Shown here piece after piece: positions 46,957-57,844 of a stretch of DNA of 64,000 nucleotides. Within the stretch, counting starts at the first letter, position 1. Each line of letters opens with the position of its first letter. The DNA is from Nitrospirota bacterium (GTDB lineage: Bacteria; Nitrospirota; UBA9217). Both the position numbers and the translations under genes were made by a program. The DNA lies in assembly GCA_963840455.1 (NCBI GenBank), contig CAWIYV010000010.1, positions 320,001 through 384,000 of the forward strand, read 5' to 3'. Under the pieces are notes generated by a model, which searched no databases, was not told where the DNA came from, and saw only the letters and a list, made by a program, of their open reading frames with translations.

Positions 46957-49653
46957 TCACTTACCCAGCAACGCGAGGCTCTGCTCCAGCTTGTCCCTCA
47001 TTGCCTTCAGCTCCTCAAGCCGCGCTGTATCTTTCTCAACAACGGCTTTCGGTGCCTTATCCACAAAGCTCTTGTTCGACAACTTCTTGGAGAACATTTC
47101 GATATCCTTGGACGTCTTTGCAATTTCTTTCATCAGGCGATCACGCTCCGCGTCTTTATCAATAACCTGGTCCGAAGTGACATAGATCTCTGCGCCGCGG
47201 ATCGTGCCCGTTGACGATCCCTCCGGCTTTGTTGTGTCGAGAGCTATTGCTATGTGTGACAACCCGGATAAAGATGTCACATACCCGGCGGTTTGTTCAA
47301 GGTTCTTAACAACATTCTCGTTCTCAGCACGGATGTTCGCCCTGACTCGCTCTCGAGGTGATATATTCATCTCACCGCGGATATTCCTAATGGAAAGGAT
47401 TGCATCCATAGGCAAGCGCATGGATTGCTCGATGGCTTCGTTGATATATTTTTCGTCCGACTTTGGGAAGGAGGCTATCATTATCGACTCTTCCTCCCCC
47501 CTGATCTTCCTTGGAAGCTTCTGCCAGATCTCTTCCGTAATAAAAGGCATGATCGGATGGAGCAGGCGTAAGGTAGTTTCCAGCGTCATGACGAGCGTCG
47601 TCTGTGCCGCCTTCTTCTTGTTCGGCTCTTCATCCTTCAGGGCCGATTTGGAAAGCTCAACGTACCAGTCACAGTATTCGTGCCAGATGAACTGGTAGAG
47701 CGATGAAGCCGCATCATTGAACCGATACTCGGCGAGGGCGGACTGCACCTCCCGGGTAACGGTGTTCAACCGCGAAACGATCCAACGGTCAGCAAGCGAC
47801 GAGTCGTTCACCAGGACCCGGTCGTTCGGCACGAATCCTTCTTCGAGGTTCATCATAACGAAGCGGCTGGCGTTCCAGATCTTATTCGCGAAGTTCCGAT
47901 AGCCCTCAATGCGCTCAGCAGACATCTTGATGTCGCGGCCCTGCGCCGCGAAAGCCGTGAGCGTGAACCGGAAGGCATCAGTTCCGAACTGCTCGGTCAT
48001 TTCCAGTGGGTCGATGACGTTCCCCTTGGACTTGCTCATCTTCTGACCCTCGGCATCGCGCACCAGAGCGTGGATATACACATCGCGGAACGGGACCGCC
48101 TCCATGAAATGGAGGCCCATCATGATCATCCGGGCTACCCAGAAGAAGATGATGTCGAAGCTCGTGACCAGTACGGAGGTCGGATAGTAGGTCGAAAGGT
48201 CCTTCGTCCTTTCGGGCCAGCCGAGCGTCGAGAATGGCCAAAGTGCCGATGAGAACCAGGTGTCGAGGACATCGGTCTCCTGCCGGAGGTTCTTGCTCCC
48301 GCACTTCGCGCAGGCGGACGGGTCCGTCCGACTCACCGTTATGGTGCCGCAGTCGTCGCAGTACCACGCCGGGATGCGGTGTCCCCACCAGATCTGGCGC
48401 GAGATGCACCAGTCCTTGATGTTCCGCATCCAGTCGAAGTACGTGTTCTCCCAGCCCCGGGGATGGAACCGGATGCTGCCGTCCTCGACAGCCGTAATGG
48501 CAGGCGCGGCCAGCGGCCCGGTCTTTACGAACCACTGGGGAGAGAGGTACGGCTCGACCACGGTCTTACAGCGGTAGCACTTCCCGATCGAATGGTCGTG
48601 GTCCTCTGTCTTGACAAGGAACCCCCGCTCGCTTAACAGCTCGGCAATCATGCCCCGCGCTCTCTTTGCTGGCTTGCCCGTGATCAGCTTCAGGACGTCG
48701 GCATGAACGTCAGGGATGTCTGCAAGGACCTCCGCCTGGTCGTTCAGGATCTTGACCCGTCCGAGGTTCGGCGTCTGGCGCATGCCGGCCTCGTAGTCGT
48801 TGAAGTCATGGGCAGGAGTGACCTTCACGGCGCCGGTCCCGAACTCAAGGTCCACCAAGATGGAATCGCCGACCACCGGTATCCTCCGGTCCGTCAGAGG
48901 AAGGTCGACGGTCTTGCCGATAAGATCCTTGTACCGCGGATCCAGCGGATGCACAGCCACGGCCGTGTCTCCCAGCATGGTCTCGGGCCGCGTCGTTGCC
49001 ACGGTGAGCCGGATATTGTGGTCATGGGAGAGCGGATACGCTATGTGGTAGAGCTTCCCCTTTTCATCCTCGTGCTCTACCTCGATGTCCGAAAGCGCTG
49101 TGTGGCATCGGGGACACCAGTTGATGAGCCGCTCGCCCCGGTAGATGAGCCCCTCTTCATAAAGCCGAACGAACACTTCCCGAACGGCCTTCGAAAGACC
49201 TTCGTCCATGGTGAAGCGTTCGCGGTCCCAGTCGCAGGACGCGCCGAGCCGCTTAAGCTGGCTGATGATCCTTCCGCCGTACTCTTTCTTCCACTCCCAC
49301 ACCTTCTCGACGAACGCGTCGCGGCCCATGACATGGCGGTCCACGTTCTCCTTGGCGAGCTTTCGCTCGACCACATTCTGCGTCGCAATGCCTGCGTGGT
49401 CGGTACCCGGCACCCACAGGGTATTCCTGCCTGACATGCGCATCCACCGCACAAGAATGTCCTGGATCGTGGAATTCAGCGCGTGGCCGATATGAAGCTG
49501 TCCGGTGACGTTTGGCGGCGGTATGACGATCGAGAAGTGCCGGCCTCCTGCGTTCTCATCGGCATGAAAATACTTTTTCTTCAGCCAATAGTCGTACCAT
49601 GCCTGTTCCACCGTTTTCGGTTCGTACGACTTTGACAATTCGTTGGAAGACAT
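46957..49653 (-). CDS. valS: Valine--tRNA ligase
   Basis: PPPNVTGQLHIGH, DWCISRQIWWGH, KMSKS, C-terminal coiled coil. Confidence 0.98.
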   Translation of the reverse strand: MSSNELSKSYEPKTVEQAWYDYWLKKKYFHADENAGGRHFSIVIPPPNVTGQLHIGHALNSTIQDILVRWMRMSGRNTLWVPGTDHAGIATQNVVERKLAKENVDRHVMGRDAFVEKVWEWKKEYGGRIISQLKRLGASCDWDRERFTMDEGLSKAVREVFVRLYEEGLIYRGERLINWCPRCHTALSDIEVEHEDEKGKLYHIAYPLSHDHNIRLTVATTRPETMLGDTAVAVHPLDPRYKDLIGKTVDLPLTDRRIPVVGDSILVDLEFGTGAVKVTPAHDFNDYEAGMRQTPNLGRVKILNDQAEVLADIPDVHADVLKLITGKPAKRARGMIAELLSERGFLVKTEDHDHSIGKCYRCKTVVEPYLSPQWFVKTGPLAAPAITAVEDGSIRFHPRGWENTYFDWMRNIKDWCISRQIWWGHRIPAWYCDDCGTITVSRTDPSACAKCGSKNLRQETDVLDTWFSSALWPFSTLGWPERTKDLSTYYPTSVLVTSFDIIFFWVARMIMMGLHFMEAVPFRDVYIHALVRDAEGQKMSKSKGNVIDPLEMTEQFGTDAFRFTLTAFAAQGRDIKMSAERIEGYRNFANKIWNASRFVMMNLEEGFVPNDRVLVNDSSLADRWIVSRLNTVTREVQSALAEYRFNDAASSLYQFIWHEYCDWYVELSKSALKDEEPNKKKAAQTTLVMTLETTLRLLHPIMPFITEEIWQKLPRKIRGEEESIMIASFPKSDEKYINEAIEQSMRLPMDAILSIRNIRGEMNISPRERVRANIRAENENVVKNLEQTAGYVTSLSGLSHIAIALDTTKPEGSSTGTIRGAEIYVTSDQVIDKDAERDRLMKEIAKTSKDIEMFSKKLSNKSFVDKAPKAVVEKDTARLEELKAMRDKLEQSLALLGK

Positions 49654-49743
49654 GAAGCGCGCTCTCCTTGATGGCCCTGCTGCGGCCGCTCGGCCGTTCC
49701 GTGTCGTGGCGGATGCAGTGACTAAACGCTATTCTTTGTTCGG

Positions 49744-49825
49744 TGAATCCAGGAGCGAGCGATTAGGATGACGAGGCTACCGTGAGGATCGAAGATTCCC
49801 CGCAGCTTGCTGCAGGGAGCTTCAA
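49744..49825. repeat. Modular hairpin repeat, intermediate copy (D)
   Basis: TGAATCCAGGAGCGAGCGATTAG...GGATCGAAGATTCCCCGCAGCTTGCTGCAGGGAGCTTCAA. Confidence 0.85.
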
Positions 49826-49867
49826 CCGCTGACACGGTCCTGCACCGACGGGCGCACGGGCATCAAC

Positions 49868-49897
49868 AATAAAAAGAGGGGAACATGTCCCCTCTCT
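49868..49897 (-). terminator. Intrinsic terminator after the RomR-like gene
   Basis: Minus strand AGAGGGGACATGTTCCCCTCT followed by TTTTATT. Confidence 0.7.
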
Positions 49898-49933
49898 CTG
49901 TTCCGGTCCGCAATGGGAAGCCGCGGCCTGCGA

Positions 49934-51322
49934 TTACTTTTTTTCCGCCTTGAGCCGCTCGATCTCTTCCCGGATCAGGCGCTCTGCCAGATCGGGAATG
50001 ACCTCCCAGGCGACCCGCTCCAGGATCTCCCGCATGACTTTCTCGATCGACTCCTTGGCAACGTCCGTGAGCATCTCGTCGGACACCCCGGGGAACCGGG
50101 ACGGAGCCATGGCCGGTCGCTCTGCTGCAGCCGGAGGCGCGGCAGGCGTGACTGCGGCAGGTGGTACGAACGTGTAGTCCTCGTGGGAGGCCCTTGATGC
50201 CATGTCAAGGGACTCAAAGCTCACAATGTCAGGATGCATGTCTGACGCGCGTGACGTGCCCCCGCCAAGCCCAAGACCTTCACGCATCTCGTCCATTGCC
50301 CGTTGGCCCAGCGGGAGGGCATCTTCCGCGTCGGCGGGCAGCGGCTCGTTGAAGTCGAACGATGGGGGCGCGGCTGGCTCGGGTCCGGGTGCATCGGTTT
50401 CGAAAGCTGGTTCGAACGACTGCACCGCAGGTGCTTCGGCAAACGTCGGCTCTTTTCCGAACAGCTGGTCGGTATCAAAGGACTCGGGCGTTGGCAGAGG
50501 GGCCGGAGCACGTTCCGGTTCGGCCATTTCTTCCGTCGTCAGACCCGCCCATTCCTCCTTCGTTTTCGGAGCTGCCGATAGACCCGATGGCTGGGACGTC
50601 GCCGGCTTTTCCGGCTCAGGTTCGACTTCGTATTCAGGCTCGACCTCGAACATCTCCTCATCAGGCTCAGCAGTCGTCGCAGTAGTCCCGGGCCTGGGAG
50701 AAGATGGCGGAGCGAACACTTCCTTAACTTCCGCCTTGGGAGGTGCTTCTTCGATGATGTCGAATATGTCCTTCGGTACGGCTTCCCGCGGCTTGGAGGG
50801 CGGAGCAGGCGCAAGCTCCGCGGCCGGCCTGGGTGGGGACGGCGGTGCCATGGCCGGTTTCGGCGGTGGAGCAGGCTCTGCTGCCGGTTTGGGGGTTGGA
50901 GTCGGTGCCGCAGCAGGTTTCGGCGGCGGTACAGGCCTTTCGGCAGGTGCCGGCGCCGCAGAAAGGGCTTTTTTTACTTTCCCGATGAGGTCCTGGGATT
51001 CGAAGGGTTTCGCGATATTGTCCACAATACCCGCAAGTTTTCCCTTCATGGCATCATAGACATCGTCCCGGGACAGCATCAGGATGACGGGGATCTTCGC
51101 CAGCGCCGCTGTCTCTCTCAGACGGCCCGCAAAACTGTATCCGTCCATGCGCGGAAGGTCCACATCGGCCAGCACCACGTCGGGCACGATGCGCGATGCT
51201 TCACCGAAGGCGGAGTCGCCGTCGCTGACGCATGTAACTTCATACTCTTTTCCCGAGAACAGCATCTCCACGACCTTCTGGATAGTGATGCTCTTGTCGG
51301 CAAGCAGGATTTTAATAGGCAT
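49934..51322 (-). CDS. romR: RomR-like response regulator (REC, Pro/Glu-rich linker, conserved C-terminal helix)
   Basis: REC with DVVLADV; long Pro/Ala/Glu linker; C-terminal EILERVAWEVIPDLAERLIREEIERL matches the myxobacterial RomR C-terminal motif (recalled); adjacent to valS. Confidence 0.8.
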   Translation of the reverse strand: MPIKILLADKSITIQKVVEMLFSGKEYEVTCVSDGDSAFGEASRIVPDVVLADVDLPRMDGYSFAGRLRETAALAKIPVILMLSRDDVYDAMKGKLAGIVDNIAKPFESQDLIGKVKKALSAAPAPAERPVPPPKPAAAPTPTPKPAAEPAPPPKPAMAPPSPPRPAAELAPAPPSKPREAVPKDIFDIIEEAPPKAEVKEVFAPPSSPRPGTTATTAEPDEEMFEVEPEYEVEPEPEKPATSQPSGLSAAPKTKEEWAGLTTEEMAEPERAPAPLPTPESFDTDQLFGKEPTFAEAPAVQSFEPAFETDAPGPEPAAPPSFDFNEPLPADAEDALPLGQRAMDEMREGLGLGGGTSRASDMHPDIVSFESLDMASRASHEDYTFVPPAAVTPAAPPAAAERPAMAPSRFPGVSDEMLTDVAKESIEKVMREILERVAWEVIPDLAERLIREEIERLKAEKK

Positions 51323-51761
51323 GGAAAAACCTTTCAAAGTTCAGCAGAATGATTTCCTGATCGTCGTCCATTCGGACCCCTTTGACCAGCTTGGGATTGA
51401 TCCCATTGATTTCGGCCGGCAGGTCCGTTGGGTCCTCCAGCCGCGCCATCTTCACAACGTTGTCCACCGTAATGCCATACGGTCTGTCGCCTTCCTGGAG
51501 AAGGATGATGCTCTGGCCCTTCGGCTGCTCATCGCCCGAAGCTGCAGTGAAGCCGATAGGTCCGGGGCGGGAAACATCCAGGAGTTGCGCCAGATGGAAC
51601 ACCGGGTAGACGGTGCCCCGATACTCCATGACACCCTCGATGTAGGAATAAGCGAGCGGCACCGGACGTGAACGCCGCCATCCCAGGATCTCGATGGCCC
51701 CCTGCAATTTGACGCCGAAGAGCCGCTCCGCGATCCGGAACAACAGATAGTTGCTCGTCAT
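51312..51761 (-). CDS. CheW-like protein
   Basis: IEGVMEYRGTVYPV, YGITVDNV. Confidence 0.8.
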   Translation of the reverse strand: MTSNYLLFRIAERLFGVKLQGAIEILGWRRSRPVPLAYSYIEGVMEYRGTVYPVFHLAQLLDVSRPGPIGFTAASGDEQPKGQSIILLQEGDRPYGITVDNVVKMARLEDPTDLPAEINGINPKLVKGVRMDDDQEIILLNFERFFHAY

Positions 51762-52168
51762 GGCAGCAACCCGTCCTCGTTCAGGAGGAGCACCAGGTCT
51801 TCCCGGTTCCGCAGGATACCGGCGTAGTAGTTCAGGCTGGGGTTTAGAACGCCTCGCGGCATCGGGACCGGCTTTTGCGTTGTTTCCAAAAGCTCCTTGG
51901 CCGCGTCGACCAGAAGGCCCAGTACGCCTTTGCTGCTCTTCACGACAATGAGGCCGCCGCCGGGATTGCCTGGCAACTTCAGGATCTTTTTGAGGTTCAC
52001 CACGGGGATCAACTTTCCGCGGTAATCGAACTTGCCCTCAAAAATCTCTGACAACTTCTGGTCCTTCTGAATATTACGCGGCACCGTGATCTCCAGGAGG
52101 CTCGTGATCGGGATCGCAAAGCTCTCGCCCTGGAGCAATAATATCAGGAATCGGGTCTTCTCTTCCAT
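51758..52168 (-). CDS. CheW-like protein
   Basis: EGKFDYRGKLIPVVNL, LGLLVDAA. Confidence 0.8.
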   Translation of the reverse strand: MEEKTRFLILLLQGESFAIPITSLLEITVPRNIQKDQKLSEIFEGKFDYRGKLIPVVNLKKILKLPGNPGGGLIVVKSSKGVLGLLVDAAKELLETTQKPVPMPRGVLNPSLNYYAGILRNREDLVLLLNEDGLLP

Positions 52169-52183
52169 ACGGGTGCCGGTTGG

Positions 52184-54910
52184 CTATGCTCGCGCCGCCA
52201 GCGTAACGCCGGCGAGAAGCCGCTTCAATGCCTCGATCATTTCCTGCTCTTCGAAGGGCTTGACGAGGTAGTCCTGGGCTCCCATGTCGATTGCTTTTTG
52301 CCGATGTTTCTCTCCGGCCCGTGAGGTCAGCACGATGATCGGGACGCTTGCGAAAACCGGATTTCTCTTCATCTCGGCAATGAGGTCGTAGCCGTGCATG
52401 ACGGGCATCTCGAGGTCGGTGATCACCGCATCGTACTTCTGCTTTGCCAGCGCTTCGAGTGCGTTCATGCCGTCGGTCGCCGTCTCGACTTCGTAGCCGC
52501 TCCGATCAAGGAAGCGCTGCACGTATTTTCGGATGCTGATGGAGTCGTCGACCACCAGGACCCGCGGTTTGCGTAACTGCGCCTCGGCGGCGGATGCCTC
52601 TCTGCCGCCCACATAGCTTGTCTTGGTGCTGATGGTCTCTTCACCAAAGAGGTGGGCCACGTTCAGGATCAGTCGGACGTCACCTTCTCCGGAGATGGTG
52701 GCGCCGGAGAACATGCGAACGTTCTTCAGGTAATCACCGAGGGACTTCACCACGATCTCTTCACGCCCTATGATATCCTCGACCATAAGGGCCAGCCGCT
52801 TGTCTGCGAGCACCAGGATCAGCGTGGGGTAGCGGAAGTCCTCCTCCCGCTTCGGAAGCTTGCCGACCGTCAGCAGGGTGTTCAGCCGCATGAGCCGAAG
52901 GAGGGATCCACGGAGATTGATCATCTCCTCGCCCGCCGCATGCTGGATGTCCTTGTCAGAGAACCTCGTGGTTTCCTCCACCAGGTTCATGGGTATGGCC
53001 ACTTCCTGGTCCTTCACCTTTACGATCAGCGCCTGAGCAATAGCAAGGGTGAGCGGAAGCCTGATGATGAACCGGGTGCCAACGCCTTTTTCCGTCTTGA
53101 TCTCGATCCGGCCATTGATCTTGCCGAGCTGGGTCGTCACGACGTCCATCCCCACACCCCGGCCGGACACCTTGCCGACCGCGGCCGCCGTTGAGAATCC
53201 CGGACGGAAGATAAGGTTCAAGGCATCGCCGTCGGTCATTGCCTTCGCTTCTCCCGGCGTGAGAAAACCCTTTTCCACGGCCGCGCGGCGCAGCTGCTCC
53301 GGGTCCATACCGCGGCCGTCATCCTCGATCTGAAGCACGATGCTGCTACCGTCGTGCCGCGCCGAGAGGATGAGTGCGCCGCCCGGCTCTTTGCCGAGCC
53401 GCGTGCGCTCCTCGGGCCCCTCAATACCGTGGGAAATGGCGTTCCGGACCATATGCATGATCGGATCGGAGATGATCTCAAAGATCGTCTTGTCGATCTT
53501 GGTGTCCCCGCCCGTTACGACCATGTTGATCTTCTTGTTCTCGGCCTGGGCAAGGTCCCGCACCGGACGCTGGAACAGCTGAAAGAGCCGGTCCATTTCG
53601 ACCATGCGCGCCTGCGTGATCTCGTCCTGAAGGTTGGATGTGATGGTGGAGATGCGGCTCGTGTCCAGCTCGAAGGAATCGAAGAAACCGGAGAACTCTA
53701 TCATGATCTCGTTGGTGTCGTTCGTGATCTCCGCCAGCTTGCGGGAGAGGAGGTTGAAGTCATCGTACCGGTCGAATTCCAGCTCGAAGAAGTCCCCTGA
53801 CTGGCCGGCGGGACGCTGCTCGGGCCCGGACAGGGCCGGAGCCTGGAAATTCATCGTGTATTCGTACTTCTCCTCGAATTTTCGTATCTCGTGGAGAAGG
53901 CGATTCTGGCTGAAGGCGAGCTCGTCGCGGAGGTTCTTGATCAGGTCCACCTGCCGGGTGAGCTTGTTGCGGTTCACCACCATCTCGCCGACGAGGTTCA
54001 TGAGATTGTCAAGCCGTTCGATATTGACCCGTATGAACTGTTTCTCGACCTCGACGGCATCTGCGGCGCGCCTGCCGAATCCGCGCTTCTCAACGACGCC
54101 CGCTTTCTTGGCATCCTCGAGCTCCTGCCGGAGTGATGCTTCTGCAGCGGCGGCCGCAACCGTGGACGGCTGTGTGGTTGTTGCTGCGGGAGGGGTCGGG
54201 ACAGCCGGTTTAGTCGCCGAAGGAGGCGGTGCCATGACCGGCGCCGCAGGTCTCGGAGGGACAGGTGCTGCCGGTCGCGGCGGCACGGGGGCTGCTTGTT
54301 TCGGTATTGAAGGTTTGGGGGGGGGTGCCTGCCCCGGGGCTTCGCCGGTCTCCTCTGCGAAAGCATTTTCCCAGGCAAGGTCCAGCTCTTCCTTGGACGG
54401 CAGTGTCGCTGGTTTTTCCGATGCCTTGATCACTGGCAGAGCTGCCTGCGGCGGTGGCGGCGGCGGTGACGCAGCGGCGACCTTCTCTGCCGGCACTGCT
54501 GCGGCCCCACCGCGGAACGTGTCGACAATGGACTTAAAGGACTGGGAGATGTTCTCGATAATAAGAGGATCTTCAGGTTTCTTTGACGCGATGCCGTCCA
54601 CCATGAGCTTCACAGCATCGACGCAGTCAAAAAGGAAGTTCAGGGTATCGCGGCTGATCGGAATGGACCCCGAGCGGAACAGGCCGAGCATATCCTCGGC
54701 CTTGTGACCGACGTCGCTGATCCCCTGGAAGCCCATCATCGCGGCAGAGCCCTTGAGCGTATGGGCCGCCCGGAAGAGCTCATCGATCACAGCCCGATCG
54801 TCAGGTGTCTTTTCCAGGGCGAGCAGACCCGAGTTGAGGTTCTGGATATGCTCGCCAGCCTCGACCAGGAAGAACTCTATAATACCGGATTTATCAAAAG
54901 AGCCTGCCAT
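52184..54910 (-). CDS. Hybrid CheA-REC kinase, ChpA/PilL-like
   Basis: Hpt FRAAHTLKG, Pro-rich linker, ELEFDRY motif, HMVRNAISHG, SGRGVGMDVV, CheW domain, C-terminal REC (TDLEMP, LTSRAGEKH). Confidence 0.93.
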   Translation of the reverse strand: MAGSFDKSGIIEFFLVEAGEHIQNLNSGLLALEKTPDDRAVIDELFRAAHTLKGSAAMMGFQGISDVGHKAEDMLGLFRSGSIPISRDTLNFLFDCVDAVKLMVDGIASKKPEDPLIIENISQSFKSIVDTFRGGAAAVPAEKVAAASPPPPPPQAALPVIKASEKPATLPSKEELDLAWENAFAEETGEAPGQAPPPKPSIPKQAAPVPPRPAAPVPPRPAAPVMAPPPSATKPAVPTPPAATTTQPSTVAAAAAEASLRQELEDAKKAGVVEKRGFGRRAADAVEVEKQFIRVNIERLDNLMNLVGEMVVNRNKLTRQVDLIKNLRDELAFSQNRLLHEIRKFEEKYEYTMNFQAPALSGPEQRPAGQSGDFFELEFDRYDDFNLLSRKLAEITNDTNEIMIEFSGFFDSFELDTSRISTITSNLQDEITQARMVEMDRLFQLFQRPVRDLAQAENKKINMVVTGGDTKIDKTIFEIISDPIMHMVRNAISHGIEGPEERTRLGKEPGGALILSARHDGSSIVLQIEDDGRGMDPEQLRRAAVEKGFLTPGEAKAMTDGDALNLIFRPGFSTAAAVGKVSGRGVGMDVVTTQLGKINGRIEIKTEKGVGTRFIIRLPLTLAIAQALIVKVKDQEVAIPMNLVEETTRFSDKDIQHAAGEEMINLRGSLLRLMRLNTLLTVGKLPKREEDFRYPTLILVLADKRLALMVEDIIGREEIVVKSLGDYLKNVRMFSGATISGEGDVRLILNVAHLFGEETISTKTSYVGGREASAAEAQLRKPRVLVVDDSISIRKYVQRFLDRSGYEVETATDGMNALEALAKQKYDAVITDLEMPVMHGYDLIAEMKRNPVFASVPIIVLTSRAGEKHRQKAIDMGAQDYLVKPFEEQEMIEALKRLLAGVTLAARA

Positions 54911-54915
54911 AGAGC

Positions 54916-56790
54916 CTATTCAACGAACCCCAGCTTGATCTCCTCGTCGCTCGTGGTGACGTCCTCGGCAAGCTGCGGATAGCTGCCTTCGAGGACAGGA
55001 AGCTCGACTTCCCCGGCGGGTGCGGCCTGTTCCTTGCCCAGCTTGAACCGGCCGATCGCGTCGGTGAGACGCTTCGAAAGTTCCGCCAGTCTGCCGATGG
55101 TCTCCACGGTGTCCTGCACGCCCTTCGTGGTGTCCTGGGTCAATTTGGAGATGCTGTCCATGGAGGTCACGACGCTTTCGGAGACCTTCACCTGGTTCGC
55201 AGCGGAATTGGTAATGTCCGTCACGAGTCCGGAGGTCTGTTTAACGATCTGTTCGATCTCGCGAAGTGCAGCGCCGGCCTGGTCGGCAAGCTTGGTACCT
55301 TCCTCCACCTCACGGGTGCCCTCTTCCATGACCGTCACGGCCTCGCTGGTCTCCACCTGGATGCCCTTGATGAGGCTGGTGATGTCCTTGGTCGCGCGCG
55401 CCGCCCGTTCTGCCAGCTTCCGGACTTCGTCGGCAACGACGGCGAAGCCTTTTCCCTGTTCTCCGGCGCGGGCTGCCTCGATCGCAGCGTTCAGCGCCAG
55501 CAGGTTCGTCTGGGTCGCGATCTCGTTGATCACCTCGATGATGGCTCCGATCTCGAGGGAGCGTTCGCCAAGGCCCTTGATCTTCTTCCCGGTCGTCTGA
55601 ACCGCGGCCCGGATCCTCTGCATACCCTTGATCGTTTCCGCCACGGAAGAGCCGCCCTTCACGGCGGCCTGCGTGGCCTTCAATGAGGCCTGGGTAGCGG
55701 CCTCGGCGTTCTCCGCCATGCGCTGGATCGTGTGGGACATCTCGTTCACCGCACCCGACGCGCCCTGGATCTGGGCCGTCTGCTGCTCGGCACCCCTGCG
55801 CATGCGTTCGGAGGCCTGCAGGATGTCGCCGGTCGAGCTCTGAATCTCATGGGCAACGCTACTCGCCTGGGAGACCAGTGCAGTAAGACCGTTGATCATC
55901 AGGTTGAATGCGTCTGCCACGGAGCCCAGCGCGTCGGCGGTCACTTCGGCCTTGACCGTCAGATCGCCTTCGGCGGCGCCGCTCACGATGGAGAGGAGGT
56001 CCATGACCTGGTGCTGCATCTTATCCCGGTCGGCTTCGGTCTGGACCAGGCCCTGGAGACGGTCGATGGTGTTATTGAGCGTAGTACCCAGCTGACCAAG
56101 TTCGTCAGCGGATTTTACGTTCGCCTTCTTCGAAAGATCGCCGCTCCCGAGGGCTTCGGCGACCCTCATAAGGTCTCTCACCGGCGCGATGATGATGGTG
56201 GCCAAAATGACGGTAATGATTGACAAAGCTAGAAGGGAACCGGCGCCGACATAGATGATCTTCAGCAGGATGTTCCGGATGTTCATCTTGATCTGGGTGA
56301 TGTTCAAGCCGATGTGGATGGAGCCAAGAGCGCCGCCGCCCACCGGCGAGGCGATGTCGGTCACCTCGATGATCGTGTCCTTGAGCACGAGGTTGGTGCT
56401 CTCCGTCCCGAAGGGCACGTTAGGCTGGAGCTGGTTGATGTTCTGGAGCTCCGGCGGGACCACGTTACCTTCGAAGGACGAGGAGAGGACCCTCCCCCGG
56501 CCGTCGCGGATGAAGGCATAGGCCACGTCAGCCTGCCCGATCGCCTCGCCCAGGATGAACTGAAGGGCGTTCAGATCTTCGACCTGGACCGGCTCCGCGG
56601 CCTTGACGCTCAGTCCGTCCGCCAGGATCAGGGCCTTGTTCAGGGCCTCGTCCCGGAGGGTGTTCTGGAGCTGATAGTAGACGAAACCGAGGATGCCCGA
56701 TCCGAACACGGCGGACATACCGACGATCATGATCACGACCTTGGTCCTGATGCTGATGCGGCGGAGCAGGAGAGTATCAACGATCTTCAT
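54916..56790 (-). CDS. PilJ-like methyl-accepting chemotaxis protein (double HAMP)
   Basis: 2 TM; [22 protein letters not shown]; [34 protein letters not shown]. Confidence 0.92.
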   Translation of the reverse strand: MKIVDTLLLRRISIRTKVVIMIVGMSAVFGSGILGFVYYQLQNTLRDEALNKALILADGLSVKAAEPVQVEDLNALQFILGEAIGQADVAYAFIRDGRGRVLSSSFEGNVVPPELQNINQLQPNVPFGTESTNLVLKDTIIEVTDIASPVGGGALGSIHIGLNITQIKMNIRNILLKIIYVGAGSLLALSIITVILATIIIAPVRDLMRVAEALGSGDLSKKANVKSADELGQLGTTLNNTIDRLQGLVQTEADRDKMQHQVMDLLSIVSGAAEGDLTVKAEVTADALGSVADAFNLMINGLTALVSQASSVAHEIQSSTGDILQASERMRRGAEQQTAQIQGASGAVNEMSHTIQRMAENAEAATQASLKATQAAVKGGSSVAETIKGMQRIRAAVQTTGKKIKGLGERSLEIGAIIEVINEIATQTNLLALNAAIEAARAGEQGKGFAVVADEVRKLAERAARATKDITSLIKGIQVETSEAVTVMEEGTREVEEGTKLADQAGAALREIEQIVKQTSGLVTDITNSAANQVKVSESVVTSMDSISKLTQDTTKGVQDTVETIGRLAELSKRLTDAIGRFKLGKEQAAPAGEVELPVLEGSYPQLAEDVTTSDEEIKLGFVE

Positions 56791-56854
56791 GGACGAACTC
56801 CTTTGTGCAGGTAATAGCGTCGCGCAGCCGCACGGGGCCGGGCGGTATGATACG

Positions 56855-57355
56855 TTAGGACAGCCTGATGGCCTCCAGCAGGCGGTCGATGTTCAGCAAG
56901 GCGGCAACGCCGCTCTGGCGCTGGATAATCGCCTTCAGATACCGGCTGCGGTTCTTGGCGCCCGACTCCTGGAAGGCCACGTCGGCGGGTAACGGCATAA
57001 CGCTGCTCAATGGCACCGAGATCACCTCGGCGACGGTATCCACGAGGATTCCGAGGGTCATCTGGTTATACCGGATGATGGCGATCTGGTTGGCGCCGGC
57101 GGAGACGGGTAAGGACAATGCGGGGCGGATGTCGACTATGGGGACGATATTGCCCCGAAGATTAATGACGCCGATGACATGGGAAGGGGTGGTCGGTACG
57201 GAAAAGATCTTCTGGGGGATGATGATCTCGGCCAGGATATCAACCGTCACGGCATAGGTGTCCCCGCTGATGCTGAAGAGACATATTCGCACTTCCTCTT
57301 CAGCGATCGCATGCTGAACCACCTCTGCGGTGACATCAGTACCTATATCGGCCAA
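56855..57355 (-). CDS. cheW: CheW (PilI-like)
   Basis: [25 protein letters not shown]; TTG start with GGAGG RBS. Confidence 0.88.
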   Translation of the reverse strand: MADIGTDVTAEVVQHAIAEEEVRICLFSISGDTYAVTVDILAEIIIPQKIFSVPTTPSHVIGVINLRGNIVPIVDIRPALSLPVSAGANQIAIIRYNQMTLGILVDTVAEVISVPLSSVMPLPADVAFQESGAKNRSRYLKAIIQRQSGVAALLNIDRLLEAIRLS

Positions 57356-57380
57356 TCAGGCCCCCCCTCCGGAATCCTGG

Positions 57381-57740
57381 CTAGATATACTTCTTCACGG
57401 TCTTGAGCAGATCTTCCGGCTTGAACGGCTTGGTGAGATACTCGTCGGCACCCTGTTTCATGCCCCAGAACTTGTCGCTCTCCTGGTCTTTCGAGGTCAC
57501 CATGATGACCGGTATGTTCTTGGTCTGATCGTAGGTCTTGATCTCGCGGCAAACCTGGAATCCGTTCTTCTTCGGCATGATCACATCGAGGATTATAAGA
57601 TCGAACTTCTCGGACTTCGCCTTTGCTTCGGCCGCCTCGCCATCCATCACGGTCACGATGGAATGTCCCGTCGACTGCAAGGTCTGCTGGATGATCTGCA
57701 GTTCCGCCAGGCTGTCATCTGCTACGAGTATCTTGGCCAT
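57381..57740 (-). CDS. PilH-like single-domain response regulator
   Basis: LDVIMPKKNGFQVCREIK, VTSKDQESDKFWGMKQGADEYLTKPF. Confidence 0.9.
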   Translation of the reverse strand: MAKILVADDSLAELQIIQQTLQSTGHSIVTVMDGEAAEAKAKSEKFDLIILDVIMPKKNGFQVCREIKTYDQTKNIPVIMVTSKDQESDKFWGMKQGADEYLTKPFKPEDLLKTVKKYI

Positions 57741-57774
57741 TTGCCTCTCCTTTTTGTGTCACGCAATGATGAAC

Positions 57775-57803
57775 AAGGTAACACATTTTGTTGGTATTGT
57801 CAA
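57775..57803 (-). promoter_or_regulatory. Sigma70-like promoter before the PilH-like gene
   Basis: TTGACA-17 nt-TACCTT. Confidence 0.6.
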
Positions 57804-57844
57804 GTTTTCTTTCGTTTTATCACGCAGTTGCGGACGCCCCGGAC

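Noticed and set aside
50780-50960. Repetitive DNA in the RomR-like gene (and at 54200-54330 in the CheA-REC gene)
   Set aside because: Explained by Pro/Ala-rich protein linkers.
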